Origin: Candidatus Aenigmatarchaeota archaeon
GTDB lineage: Archaea > Aenigmatarchaeota > Aenigmatarchaeia > QMZP01 > QMZT01
DNA length: 64,000 nucleotides
NCBI GenBank assembly: GCA_016932215.1
Contig: JAFGDH010000019.1
Coordinates: 1,817-65,816, forward strand
Direction: 5' to 3'
The notes under the pieces were generated by a model. That model was not told the origin of the DNA. It saw nothing but the letters and a program-made list of their open reading frames with translations, and made no database searches. Below, piece after piece: positions 1-9,780 of this stretch. Numbering within the stretch: position 1 is the stretch's first letter; every line of letters begins with the position of its first letter. Both the position numbers and the translations under genes were made by a program.

Positions 1-300
1 GGGGGCTTCTTTTGCTTTCCCGTATAGCATTATTGTACGTATTACAAAGAACCTGTCCTGTGAGGATTCACTTCTTTCCAGTATTTCTTGAAAACGGTCT
101 TGAAAGCGTCTCCGGTGATAGCGATTCCGTTCGCGTGCCTGAAACAGCAGGAGGTGCCGAGATAAACATATTCATTCCCGCTTCCGAGATCAACATAACC
201 TTCCCATTCCAATGCCATGTTTAAACCATTAGATGCAAATTTTTTATACCTTTCTTTGGACAGGATTCTCTTTAAAACATTTTCTTACCAACTATAACCC

Positions 301-969
301 ATGATAGGTTTTGGGGACATGATCACTCGTCATCTCGCGAGGGAAAAACGGACGAAAGACGTTGGACGTTATTATCCCTCTGAAATAGGCGGATGCCTGC
401 GAAAGGTCTGGTTCTCTTACAGGTTTCCCAAGGATGTTGATCCTGAAGTGATCAAGATATTCCACCTTGGTAACATGATCCACGACTTCGTGGCGGAAGT
501 GATGAAGAGCGAGAAGAACCCGGAAGTCACACTCGTCGGGGAGGAGGTACCGTTTACCATAGAGGACGGCGATTTCACGATCTCCGGCAGGATCGACGAC
601 ATAGTCATGCTGGAAGGCGAAGATGAGAAGATACTCGTGGAAGTAAAATCCACGAAGATGACCGACATTCTCGACGGACCCAAGGACGAGCACGTCATGC
701 AGCTCCAGCTGTACATGTACGCCATGAAGATATTCCGGGGTATTGTCCTGTACATAGAGAAAAACACGCTCAAAACGAAGGAATTCGAGGTCAAATATGA
801 CCAGAATTCGGTCAACGAGGTGATGAAACGCTTCCGCGCGCTCCACGCCAACCTCAAGGCAGAGACCGTCCCTCCCGCCGAGGCGAAGGAGAACCCGGAC
901 AAGAGATGGATGTGCAAGTACTGCGACTATCTGGAAGAATGCCAGAGAGCCGAGATAGATGGAAATTAG
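301..969 (+). CDS. Cas4-family (DUF83/RecB-like) PD-(D/E)XK nuclease with 4-Cys Fe-S motif, stand-alone (no CRISPR array or other cas genes in window)
   Basis: All Cas4 motifs in order: N-terminal Cys (YYPSEIGGCLRK), G..H (GNMIHDF), hD (GRIDDIVM), EVK (LVEVKST), QxxxY (QLQLYMYA), C-terminal CX2CX5C (CKYCDYLEEC). Confidence 0.75.
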   Translation: MIGFGDMITRHLAREKRTKDVGRYYPSEIGGCLRKVWFSYRFPKDVDPEVIKIFHLGNMIHDFVAEVMKSEKNPEVTLVGEEVPFTIEDGDFTISGRIDDIVMLEGEDEKILVEVKSTKMTDILDGPKDEHVMQLQLYMYAMKIFRGIVLYIEKNTLKTKEFEVKYDQNSVNEVMKRFRALHANLKAETVPPAEAKENPDKRWMCKYCDYLEECQRAEIDGN

Positions 970-1011
970 GCTATTTTTATCATTTATAAATAGTAAAATA
1001 CTATATATTAT

Positions 1012-1794
1012 ATGGGTGTTAAGTTCACATCTTGCATCAGCGAAGGCTTCGGCAATTCAGTCGCCGGAATGGATGAAGCATTTAAGTACAAAGAAGTTGA
1101 CAGAATGAGCACTGCTTACTTCCACCCGGAAGGCGCAAGCTTTGTTTTCTCACTCACTTTTCCCGAAATGAACGTTTTCAGGGTGTTTCTCATCCCGAAA
1201 GGAAAGGACCCGGTGGATTACAGTTACGAGTGGCCCGTTATCACCGGAAGAGGAATGACACAGCATGATAATTTTTTCAGGGAGTCATCCGAAAAAATGA
1301 ATAATGGTTACGAAAACCTGGGTTCCCTTGTAGAAGAAGGATGGGATAGGGTATGGATGATGATAGGTCCGGGAATGGAAAAACTTACTCCCCATATCCT
1401 GACTGTAAAAAACGAAAGGGGTAGCTCAGCACCCGTTTTGGTTTCGGAACCCGTTGATTACGGTATTTTAGGGTCATCACTGATTGAAATGAGCCAAATT
1501 GTAAATGATATGGGATACAGTGAAATGAAACTGAACGGGGTTTATCCGGATAATTCTGTTAAAACCGCAATGGAAAGAATACAGATAATGACAGATAATC
1601 CGAGAATGATACACAGCAAATTCAGATTGGGTGAGGATCCAACACCGCCTGAGTTTTCCGGGTATTCCAAGAATGTTTTCGCTGCCGTGGACTGCCAGGC
1701 AGCCGGCCTGTACACTGAAGACGATAAGAACATCAGGAAAATACTTTCCGGTTTCATGCATCCTGACCATAAAAATAATATTTTCGTGATCTGA
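1012..1794 (+). CDS. hypothetical protein, paralog 1 of a tandem pair (no recognised family)
   Basis: 260-aa ORF. Shares HPEGA(S/D)F, WP(V/I)ITGR, GPGM(E/D)(K/Q)LTPH and PVL(V/I)SEP..YG blocks with the next ORF. TATA-like tttataaata about 25 nt upstream. Confidence 0.6.
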   Translation: MGVKFTSCISEGFGNSVAGMDEAFKYKEVDRMSTAYFHPEGASFVFSLTFPEMNVFRVFLIPKGKDPVDYSYEWPVITGRGMTQHDNFFRESSEKMNNGYENLGSLVEEGWDRVWMMIGPGMEKLTPHILTVKNERGSSAPVLVSEPVDYGILGSSLIEMSQIVNDMGYSEMKLNGVYPDNSVKTAMERIQIMTDNPRMIHSKFRLGEDPTPPEFSGYSKNVFAAVDCQAAGLYTEDDKNIRKILSGFMHPDHKNNIFVI

Positions 1795-1795
1795 T

Positions 1796-2569
1796 ATGAC
1801 CGTAAAACTCAATGCTTATCTTTTCGGAGAGCAAGTTCCTGATCTAAAGGAGGCGCTCCGGTACAAGAAATTAAATTACGATAGTCATCTCCTCATCCAT
1901 CCGGAAGGCGCTGATTTCATGTTCGTGAGCAGGAACGTCGGAAGGTACAGCAATTTCCTCATATACAGCATCCCTGAAGGGATGAGTATAAAGGATTTTG
2001 ATAACCTGACGTGGCCGATAATAACCGGCAGGGATATCAATGCATACGGGAAGCATTTCGTTTGCGCTCCCCGTTTCGGGCATAAAAAGTTCCTGAAGAA
2101 TATTCTTAAAAAAGGTGGCGACAAAACATGGTTCATTGTAGGCCCTGGGATGGATCAGCTGACTCCGCATCTGGCTGAAATCAAGGAAAGCAGCGGAAAC
2201 TATGGTCCTGTTCTGATATCAGAACCCCTGAATTACGGTCTTATGGATGATTCTCTCGTCACCCTGCGGGATTACATGGTTTCCAATGAATTCACGGAGC
2301 CTTATCTCATAGACGTCGATCCGGAGGGTACGGTGGACGAGGCCAGGAGAAGGATAAGGATCATAACCGAATCCCCGAAAATCGTCCGGTGGAAAGGCAG
2401 GTTCGGGATAAGCAGGCCTCCGGAAAGGATAAGAGAACATAAAGGCCATGTCTACGCCGTGGTCGATTTCCAGGCCGCGAAAGAGCATTCAATTGACCCC
2501 CGCGGGACCGAGGAGAAGCTTAAGAAGTTCCTCCACCCCGATTACAGCGACAATTTCTTCATCTTTTAG
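1796..2569 (+). CDS. hypothetical protein, paralog 2 of the tandem pair
   Basis: 257-aa ORF starting 1 nt after the stop of paralog 1 (translational coupling). Colinear conserved blocks with 1012..1794. Confidence 0.6.
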   Translation: MTVKLNAYLFGEQVPDLKEALRYKKLNYDSHLLIHPEGADFMFVSRNVGRYSNFLIYSIPEGMSIKDFDNLTWPIITGRDINAYGKHFVCAPRFGHKKFLKNILKKGGDKTWFIVGPGMDQLTPHLAEIKESSGNYGPVLISEPLNYGLMDDSLVTLRDYMVSNEFTEPYLIDVDPEGTVDEARRRIRIITESPKIVRWKGRFGISRPPERIREHKGHVYAVVDFQAAKEHSIDPRGTEEKLKKFLHPDYSDNFFIF

Positions 2570-2610
2570 CCGTCTTTGAACTTATAAAAGTTGCTTTTAA
2601 TTGTAATCCT

Positions 2611-2859
2611 ATGAGCAGAGGAAGACTGAAATTGTACCTGGAACCTGGCTGCGATCCGGGAGACGTTCTGGGATTCTTAGGGCTGCCAAAGACCTATCCG
2701 GTCGATTTCAAGAGCGGAATCAGCGGGGACGAGCCGAGGAGCATGACCGTTCCAAGCCAGTGGAGTCCGGGCGCTTTTGACGACGCAGAAGCAATGAGGG
2801 AAAGGGCCAATAAGTTCGGAATGGTTTATTCTGATAAGACGGAAATTCTCAGGTGTTAA
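2611..2859 (+). CDS. small hypothetical protein (82 aa)
   Basis: Complete ORF, same strand, directly downstream of the paralog pair. No motif recognised. Confidence 0.35.
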   Translation: MSRGRLKLYLEPGCDPGDVLGFLGLPKTYPVDFKSGISGDEPRSMTVPSQWSPGAFDDAEAMRERANKFGMVYSDKTEILRC

Positions 2860-2892
2860 AATTATATACCGGTTCTTTACGAATAATAAAGC

Positions 2893-4038
2893 ATGGAAAG
2901 GGACAGAAAGGGACTGATGGCTCCCGACATGATAGTATTTTTTAGCTCTGCTCTGTTCTTCATGGTGATGTGGTTCCTTCCGCTGCTGTTCGTCGACATA
3001 GGGCTGAGCGGCGTCCAGATAGGAATCCTTCTTTCGGTTTACATGTTCGTCTCCCTCTTCAGCTCCTTCCCGATAGGGGTGATAAACGACCGTTTCTCCA
3101 TCCGGGAGGTCATATTCGCCGGCCTGATACTCTCCTCCCTTTTCATGTTCGGGTTTTCCGTCCTGAAAGGGTTCTGGTTTTTTATGCTCTATTACGCCAT
3201 GGGCGGCCTGGGGCACAACATGGTCAACACATCCCTGAGAAGCCTTATATACAAGCTGTCCAGGAGAAGGAGCGAGGACATGAATCTTGGGGTTTTCCAG
3301 TTTTTCATGTCTTTTGGCGCCAGCATAGGGTATATTGTCGGGGGTTTCCTTATCTTCATTCTCGACTTTGACCTGACCCTTATAATCGGATCCCTTCTCA
3401 TATTTATCCTCTCATTTTTATCCTTTCTCGTGCCGAAGGTGGACATCAGGAAGTTTTCTTTCTGGGAATACAAGCACAGCCTCCTGAAGAAATCGGTCTT
3501 CCTTCTCCTGTTTCCGGTGTTCCTTTTCGGAACCCACTGGGGTGCTGAGCAGACGTCTTACAGCCTTTTCCTGAGGAATTTCCTCGGTCTTGACATCTTC
3601 TATTCCGGTCTTTACATGGGCTTCAGCCTGATGGCAATGGCGATAGGCGGGATTTACGCAGGGAAGCACATAAACAAGACCCGATACCCGAAAAAGCTAT
3701 TCCTTCTTGGCATCCTGATGTCCGGGGTTTTCAGCATCCTTATGGCAAACCCTAACCTTTATCTCTCTTTCCTTTCGAGGTTCCTTCACGAGATCGGCGA
3801 CGGCCTGATGATGGTCAGCTATTACATAATACTTGCTGACATATTCGACAAGAAGATAATAGCCGGGGAATCCAGCATCGCCTACATGGCCCTGGTTCTC
3901 GGTGCCATTGTGGGGGCACCGATATACGGTCACATAGGATTCGTTTATGGCTACCATTTCCCCTTCATAATTTCCGGTTTCGTGAGCCTTTTCTCCCTCA
4001 TGATCATCATGGCCAGGCAGAAACTTATCAAATTCTGA
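2893..4038 (+). CDS. polytopic membrane protein, MFS-transporter-like
   Basis: 381 aa, about 12 hydrophobic segments across the whole length, typical MFS architecture. Confidence 0.5.
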   Translation: MERDRKGLMAPDMIVFFSSALFFMVMWFLPLLFVDIGLSGVQIGILLSVYMFVSLFSSFPIGVINDRFSIREVIFAGLILSSLFMFGFSVLKGFWFFMLYYAMGGLGHNMVNTSLRSLIYKLSRRRSEDMNLGVFQFFMSFGASIGYIVGGFLIFILDFDLTLIIGSLLIFILSFLSFLVPKVDIRKFSFWEYKHSLLKKSVFLLLFPVFLFGTHWGAEQTSYSLFLRNFLGLDIFYSGLYMGFSLMAMAIGGIYAGKHINKTRYPKKLFLLGILMSGVFSILMANPNLYLSFLSRFLHEIGDGLMMVSYYIILADIFDKKIIAGESSIAYMALVLGAIVGAPIYGHIGFVYGYHFPFIISGFVSLFSLMIIMARQKLIKF

Positions 4039-4109
4039 TCTTGGCTCACTCTGGAAAACCCTGTCTTTTTAAATATAATTTTGAAACTAAGATTCAAGGC
4101 GGGATTTGG

Positions 4110-4901
4110 ATGAATTTTAGACTATTTTCCATAATATTTGTTTTTCTTTTCGTGCTGCCTGTTCTTGCTCAGTCGCTGGAGCTTGCAGGTTTCGAGAGCT
4201 TTCCCGTCTTCCTTGAGGCAGGCAAGCCGAAGGTTCTGGACGCGACCGGACCCGCTTCCGTCATGCTGGAGGTTTCCGTGAAGGAGAACGTCATCGACGG
4301 CGTCGTTTCCGTCGCTTCTTACACTGAGAACCCCGTGGAATACGGCGTCGAAGGCAAGAAATCTGCGAAATTCATAGGTGTCCACGTAAGCGACGACATA
4401 TACGGCAGTCTTGAATACATCGACCTCGAGATACATTACAATGAGGATGATGTGGCCGGCGAGGGGATAGACGAGAACACGCTCAGGATATACGAGTGGA
4501 ACGTGATGGAAAAGGAATGGAGGATGGTTTCGACGGAACTGGACCTCCACAACAACATCCTCAGGACGAGGATAAAGGAACCCGGCATGCTTTCCGTTTA
4601 CGGGAAGGAATTCCGGATGATTGACGAAAAATGTTTGGAAAGATGGATCTGCTCCGACTGGGGGGAATGCATGAACGGAGTCAGGGACAGGATATGCGAG
4701 GACATAAGCGGCTGCGGTACGCAGGATGATAAGCCCGAAGAATTCGAGGACTGCGTGGTGGAGATTGTTTCGGATGACAATCAGCCCACCGGTATGATAA
4801 TTACCGAGAGAACAAACTTGTTGGTTGTTGGGGTGGTGATCTTTCTCGTCATCGTGCTCGCTGTTCTGATCTATCTTTTCATGGTGACAGTAAAAACCTG
4901 A
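4110..4901 (+). CDS. secreted / C-terminally anchored Cys-rich protein
   Basis: Signal peptide MNFRLFSIIFVFLFVLPVLAQS. Cys-rich module near the C-terminus, then a TM segment and short basic tail. Confidence 0.5.
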   Translation: MNFRLFSIIFVFLFVLPVLAQSLELAGFESFPVFLEAGKPKVLDATGPASVMLEVSVKENVIDGVVSVASYTENPVEYGVEGKKSAKFIGVHVSDDIYGSLEYIDLEIHYNEDDVAGEGIDENTLRIYEWNVMEKEWRMVSTELDLHNNILRTRIKEPGMLSVYGKEFRMIDEKCLERWICSDWGECMNGVRDRICEDISGCGTQDDKPEEFEDCVVEIVSDDNQPTGMIITERTNLLVVGVVIFLVIVLAVLIYLFMVTVKT

Positions 4902-4920
4902 TCATCCGGGTTCTCCCGTA

Positions 4921-5247
4921 TCATTTCTTCTTCTTGCTACGGCCTTTCTGCCTCTTCCCGGCCTCTTTTGTCTTCGTTATCGTGTATCCCTTGTCGACCC
5001 CCGAAACCTCCATGGGATGCTTAACCACGTAATAGACGGCTACCAGAATAAGAACTATCACGTATATCGCCACGAACAGGAACACCGTTATGATTATGAA
5101 CGCAAGGACACCCATCCCGGCGATCGCGATGAACGGCAGAGAAGGCGCCAGGAATTCTATTATCGCGGATCCGTAGAAAAGCGTGATCATTGCTGAAATA
5201 ATAAGTATTATCATGGCCAGGATTGTCGCCCCGCCGAGTGTCAGCAA
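4921..5247 (-). CDS. small membrane protein with Lys-rich C-terminal tail
   Basis: 108 aa, two or three TM helices, KRQKGRSKKKK tail. Confidence 0.4.
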   Translation of the reverse strand: MLTLGGATILAMIILIISAMITLFYGSAIIEFLAPSLPFIAIAGMGVLAFIIITVFLFVAIYVIVLILVAVYYVVKHPMEVSGVDKGYTITKTKEAGKRQKGRSKKKK

Positions 5248-5269
5248 ATATCTTTTTTCAGGAATATCA

Positions 5270-6004
5270 TCACCTCTTGCCCATCGATCCGAGTATCGCT
5301 CCCGCGGCGAAACCTCCGGCCGCCCCGTGCCCCTGGGGCATGTACTCGGAAAGCTTCCCGGCGAGTTCGGATACCGGCATGCTCTGCACCCAGACCCTTC
5401 CCGGTCCCGTGCACGTCGCCAGGAACAGCCCTTCTCCGCCCCATATTATGTTCTTCACTCCCTTCACCCTTTCGACCGAATAGTCAACGGAAGCGTCGAA
5501 CATCGCAAGGTTTCCCGTGTCCACACGTATTTTTTGTCCGGGCTTGAGGTCTATAACGCTGACCTCCCCGCCCACGTTGAAGAATGACAGGCCCTGTCCA
5601 GTCAGCTTGATGAGTATCAGCCCTTCCCCTCCAAGGAATCCCGCCCCCATCTTCCTCGTCCACGTCGCGTCGAATGTGACGGACGTTTCCGAACAGAGGA
5701 ACGCGTCCTTCTGGGCTATTATCGCTTCTCCCCGCCTTATGTTGAGCGGTATTATCTTGCCGGGGAATTCGGAACCGAATGCCACTATCCCAGGCCCGGC
5801 GACCGGCGTGAATTCCACCAGGAAAAATGACTCACCGGCGAACTTCCTTTTTATCGCGGTCCAGAATCCTCCCTTCATCTTGGTGTCCATCTTGACGTTG
5901 TCGCTCATGAAAACAAGCCGGCCGCTCTCCGAAACGATCCTTTCTCCTTCGGCGAGCTCGGTGTTGAGAATCTGCATCGTTGTTCCCTGGAGATCGTACT
6001 TCAT
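5270..6004 (-). CDS. AIM24/DUF124 (TIGR00266) family protein
   Basis: MKYDLQG..MQIL..L..GE start, Gly-rich beta-rich body and an LSEYMPQ-type tail, typical of the AIM24/TIGR00266 family. Start taken at the internal MKYDL. Confidence 0.65.
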   Translation of the reverse strand: MKYDLQGTTMQILNTELAEGERIVSESGRLVFMSDNVKMDTKMKGGFWTAIKRKFAGESFFLVEFTPVAGPGIVAFGSEFPGKIIPLNIRRGEAIIAQKDAFLCSETSVTFDATWTRKMGAGFLGGEGLILIKLTGQGLSFFNVGGEVSVIDLKPGQKIRVDTGNLAMFDASVDYSVERVKGVKNIIWGGEGLFLATCTGPGRVWVQSMPVSELAGKLSEYMPQGHGAAGGFAAGAILGSMGKR

Positions 6005-6137
6005 GTGTAATCTTTGTTTTGTTTTATAATAAATTTTCAGGAAACAAAAAACCATTTAAAACTGAAATACCATTATAATTGACTGACAGCTTTTTTTATT
6101 CAGATTAAGCTGTCCTTCGAAACACTGGGTTGATTTT

Positions 6138-6338
6138 ATGGTGAGCTGGCTGAAGAACCTGCGGGTGATGTACCATCAGAGAAGGATACAGGACCTTTCC
6201 CACGTAATAAGGGTGCTGAGGGACATGAAGCACGTGGACAACATAAAGCACATACACGACGAGGACATCCTCTTCTTCACGGGAAAGATGATGGCCCACC
6301 TGGAAAAGATACGGGAGATCCGCGGGACGAAACTATAG
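6138..6338 (+). CDS. small hypothetical protein (66 aa)
   Basis: Complete ORF in a gap between genes, charged composition. No motif. Confidence 0.3.
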   Translation: MVSWLKNLRVMYHQRRIQDLSHVIRVLRDMKHVDNIKHIHDEDILFFTGKMMAHLEKIREIRGTKL

Positions 6339-6458
6339 GGAAAGAAGCATGCTTCGCATGTTTCGTGTACTCCGGGTCGACTTTAACTGTGCCTGTGTCA
6401 AGTACCCCGGTCCGGCCTTTCCCGATCTTATTTATTAATGAGAAGCTCATAATTAACC

Positions 6459-6992
6459 ATGGTCTGGAAAAGGATAATCATCCACACACTGATGCTGTTC
6501 GTGACTACGTGGGTGATCGGTGCGGTATTCTTCCCGGTTCATTCCGATCCATGGATCAGGTCATTTCCTCTGATAGGGGAGACGTCGGCTTATTTCGTGA
6601 TCCTCATAGTGCAGCTGGCGCTGGTTTGCGTGATAATACCGATATTCTACTCGTATTTCTTCGTGAAGACGTACGAAAAGAAGATGCTCCTGATACCGCT
6701 TGTTTACGTGATCCTTTCCTTCATGGTTTTCCTGTCTTTTTCGTACACCCAGGGAGCCAGCTTCGGCGAAGTAATGAAATTCGGGACCAACGAGACCATC
6801 GATTTCGGAACAGGCATCACGGCCAGCGTTCTCGCGTCGAACCCCATATCCACGTTCTCCTCGGCGGCCGAATACTCCTTCATGGAACGGAGCGAGGTCC
6901 TCCCGTGGTATTTCAGCATAATGGCGGCGGTGATGGGGCTGATAGCCTTTTTCCTCTCGTTCTATCTTGGATTCATAAGAACCGGGGAATGA
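6459..6992 (+). CDS. membrane protein (about 5 TM)
   Basis: Hydrophobic helices throughout. The overlapping Arg-rich frame 6365..7039 looks spurious. Confidence 0.45.
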   Translation: MVWKRIIIHTLMLFVTTWVIGAVFFPVHSDPWIRSFPLIGETSAYFVILIVQLALVCVIIPIFYSYFFVKTYEKKMLLIPLVYVILSFMVFLSFSYTQGASFGEVMKFGTNETIDFGTGITASVLASNPISTFSSAAEYSFMERSEVLPWYFSIMAAVMGLIAFFLSFYLGFIRTGE

Positions 6993-7583
6993 TTAAACCC
7001 TTTTTAGCGTTTCAATCAGAGGTTCCATTTCAGGTATGAACAGGTCAGGGGCGTCTTCTATTCTTCCTTTGTACAAGTTTTCCCCTGAAAGAGAAACGGA
7101 CATCTCGTTTTCATTCGTTCCGGCATTAAAACTAAAATTGGTGAGTGACCCGGGCGGACTCCACCTGATGTGCATATTTTCTTCAGGTATCCCGCTGTTT
7201 CTGACAATGTTCATGAACCTTTGTATCGATTTGAAATGTGTTTTTGCCATGGTCAGGTAGTCTGGTGCAATCTCTCTTTCCCCTAGTGACAGCCCTTCTA
7301 CAAAATTAAAGTAAAATTCCGGTGTTATTATACCGCCTATCGGAGCGTACAATATGAGATTTTCCGGGTTCCCCAGTCTGTTCAGTGCCCTGTCCAGAAA
7401 GACCAATGACCTTTTAGTTTTTGAGTACATGAAATGGCCGCCGTAAGCACCGTCTCCGTTTGCATTTTCCGGCGCTATTACCGCCCCTATGCAGGTATGA
7501 ATGGGCGTGAATCTTGCGGTGCTTCCGCTGGGAATGTATACTGCACAATCATCCTCAGTGATTTTGTATTCCGGCATGATCAC
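6993..7583 (-). CDS. hypothetical protein (196 aa)
   Basis: Complete ORF with protein-like composition. Its promoter region contains the shared inverted-repeat motif at 7606..7624. Confidence 0.5.
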   Translation of the reverse strand: MIMPEYKITEDDCAVYIPSGSTARFTPIHTCIGAVIAPENANGDGAYGGHFMYSKTKRSLVFLDRALNRLGNPENLILYAPIGGIITPEFYFNFVEGLSLGEREIAPDYLTMAKTHFKSIQRFMNIVRNSGIPEENMHIRWSPPGSLTNFSFNAGTNENEMSVSLSGENLYKGRIEDAPDLFIPEMEPLIETLKRV

Positions 7584-7605
7584 CTCACCCTCAACTTTCT
7601 AAATA

Positions 7606-7624
7606 TTAACTACTTAATAGTTAA
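7606..7624. promoter_or_regulatory. near-palindromic motif TTAACTACTTAATAGTTAA (site 1 of 3), candidate HTH-dimer operator
   Basis: Seen directly. Half-sites TTAACTA / TAGTTAA around CTTAA. Lies between divergent genes 6993..7583(-) and 7677..8009(+), next to a TATA-like ctttataaag. Confidence 0.5.
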
Positions 7625-7676
7625 AATTATCCTTTATAAAGCTTATTTTTATGCTTTTTGAGACAATATAGATAGT

Positions 7677-8009
7677 ATGGTTGACAAATACCTGAATTCC
7701 GGCGAGAGAGTGATCTTCGTGACAAAGAACGAGGTCAGGGTAGGCGAGGACAAGGGCTTCCAGGCTTTCGTGACCAACCAGCGCCTGATCTTCCTCAATC
7801 GCAGAGGTTTCGTGTTCAAGAAGGACAAGATGAAAGACGCCCTTCTCAAGAACGTCAACGGCGTCAATCTGGAGGAGAAGGGGTTCCTCCGGAAACGAAA
7901 AGAAATGGAGATCCGCTCCCATGGCGAGAACTTCAGGCTGTTCGGAGACCATTCCGACCTGACCGGCCTTCACCGGGTCATAAACGAGCGGCTTGCGGCA
8001 ATTGTCTAA
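7677..8009 (+). CDS. bacterial-type PH (bPH/YdbT-like) domain protein
   Basis: 110 aa. GERVIFVTKN..VTNQRLIFLNRRG pattern typical of bPH domains. Confidence 0.45.
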   Translation: MVDKYLNSGERVIFVTKNEVRVGEDKGFQAFVTNQRLIFLNRRGFVFKKDKMKDALLKNVNGVNLEEKGFLRKRKEMEIRSHGENFRLFGDHSDLTGLHRVINERLAAIV

Positions 8010-8413
8010 TGTCCCTGAACGCATTTTTCGGAGACATACAGTTCCACGCTGTCCTTTATTCTTCCGCTGTTCCTTTCTTCGACGCTTGCTGTCAAAATTA
8101 CATTCTTTCCCGCGAAGCTTTTCAGGTTAATCTCCTGATCGCACTTCATATAAGTAAGACCTGTTCCGGTGTTGTGCATGTATGAACAGTCCAGAGCGGA
8201 GCCCGTGGCAACGTTCGAACCCCTTTCCGTAATGCTGAAGTCCGCGTTTCTGAGATCGTAACCGGTTGCTGTAACCACGAGATTGGTGCTTGTTCCAGTT
8301 CTTTCCCCGTCTGCGGGTTCCAGTATTTCGATGGTTGGAACGTTGTCCTGTCCGAGTGCGTTCAGGGGCATGATAGCGAGCAAAAGGATAATTAACACGA
8401 AAGCGAATTTCAT
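8006..8413 (-). CDS. secreted protein
   Basis: Signal peptide MKFAFVLIILLLAIMPLNALGQD. 135 aa. Confidence 0.45.
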   Translation of the reverse strand: MKFAFVLIILLLAIMPLNALGQDNVPTIEILEPADGERTGTSTNLVVTATGYDLRNADFSITERGSNVATGSALDCSYMHNTGTGLTYMKCDQEINLKSFAGKNVILTASVEERNSGRIKDSVELYVSEKCVQGH

Positions 8414-8748
8414 CCTCCCACCTCCTGCTTGATGGTTGGAGGAAAGTCTTACCCGTGTTTCGGTTTTCTTCGGTTTTTACCGAAAAGAAATCTTCACCTG
8501 GTAATAAACGAACAGCTGCTTGTGAAGTGATAATCATTTCTTTACTGAGGCTCCGTTTTCCATGGGATTTCCGTGTAATTGGAGAAAACCCTGCAATAAA
8601 CGGAAGGAACCTCAATCTCGGCGCCTATTAACGTGGGTTTTCCGATGAACATGTAAAACAGCCTGGGTTCATCAGGAAAGTCTCCTATTAAATCCTTTAT
8701 TATTGCGCTTTTTGACATTTTCATTTCAATACCTTGAATAAATAGAAC

Positions 8749-9780
8749 TCAGCTATTTAACTGCTTCCCGTAGCACCCACCCGAGAAGTACTGGTCGTCC
8801 GTGCAGACCGATCCGTCCGGGAGGACACATACACCGTTAGAGTATTCACCATACCTGTCCATGCAATCGCCTTTCGCCGGCGGGAGCGTTCCGGGGTATA
8901 TCCTGGAATGGCACTCCCTCTCCCTGCAGATGTATTCCGGGTTCAGGTAGTCGCACTGCTCGTCCGTCTGGCAGCATGAGGCGCAGTAGCATTCCCCGAA
9001 TTCGCTGCATTTGGCGTTCGGGTAAAGATGCGTGCACCCCATCCCCCTGCAGTCCACGTTGAACTCGCATCCCCTCGTGAGCTGGTTTATCTTGATCGAT
9101 TCCACTTTACCGTTCTCCACGACCACTATCGCCTCGTACGTGTCCACCACGTCTTTCGTGCTTGAATCGGTCACGAAGCTGTATACGTATTCCCAGCAGA
9201 ACCTGCAATCCAGCTGCCTTACGTTCTGGAAGGTGATGTCCCTCCCGTTCTTCGTCAGGTACGTCTCGCTCTTCCTGATCTCCTTTTCAGCCGTGATCTT
9301 GGACAGTTCTGCTGTGTAGGTCTTGACGAATTCGCCCCCGGAGTATTCGCATCCGAGTATTCCGTACTGCAGGTCGCAGTCCATGGTGCACTCGTTCGTT
9401 TCCTTCGGCTCCTCGCCGCTCCTGTAGCATTCGCAGTCGCACCTCGAAAGCACCGGTTCCCTGAAAGATGTGCAAAGGTCAGCCTCGTCGCAGAATCCCG
9501 GCTGCATTGCCATTTTGCACGCATCGCTTTCCTGTCCCGGAGCGACGAGAGGGCAAGAAATGACGGAATCGTCGATCGCAATCAGCTCGAAACCCTTTCC
9601 GGGGGTCTCGTAAACGACCTTCAGATAATTATCAACGCACGCGTGCACGCTTGACACTTCAGCGTTCCCGCACAGCGGTTCCGCCCTCTGGATGAAATAT
9701 CCTGTGATACATCCGGAGTTGGCTATAATGAAGATCATGCCCAGAAGCACGAATATCCACAGGAATTTATGCGTTGCCAT
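8749..9780 (-). CDS. secreted cysteine-rich protein (343 aa)
   Basis: N-terminal signal/TM followed by more than 30 Cys in repeated C..C patterns. Confidence 0.5.
   Translation of the reverse strand: MATHKFLWIFVLLGMIFIIANSGCITGYFIQRAEPLCGNAEVSSVHACVDNYLKVVYETPGKGFELIAIDDSVISCPLVAPGQESDACKMAMQPGFCDEADLCTSFREPVLSRCDCECYRSGEEPKETNECTMDCDLQYGILGCEYSGGEFVKTYTAELSKITAEKEIRKSETYLTKNGRDITFQNVRQLDCRFCWEYVYSFVTDSSTKDVVDTYEAIVVVENGKVESIKINQLTRGCEFNVDCRGMGCTHLYPNAKCSEFGECYCASCCQTDEQCDYLNPEYICRERECHSRIYPGTLPPAKGDCMDRYGEYSNGVCVLPDGSVCTDDQYFSGGCYGKQLNS

Noticed and set aside
41-218. 58-aa minus-strand ORF (MALEWEGYVDLGSGNEYVYLGTSCCFRH...) at the window start
   Set aside because: Too short, no recognisable motif, and no clear promoter or RBS context. 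Left uncalled.
292-917. Two minus-strand ORFs (184 aa and 166 aa) overlapping the Cas4-like gene
   Set aside because: They are antisense to an ORF with a complete, ordered Cas4 motif set. Their composition is low-complexity (Ser/His-rich), so they were treated as shadow ORFs.
6365-7039. 224-aa + ORF overlapping the membrane-protein frame at 6459..6992
   Set aside because: Arg/His-rich low-complexity translation. The alternative frame gives clean TM helices.
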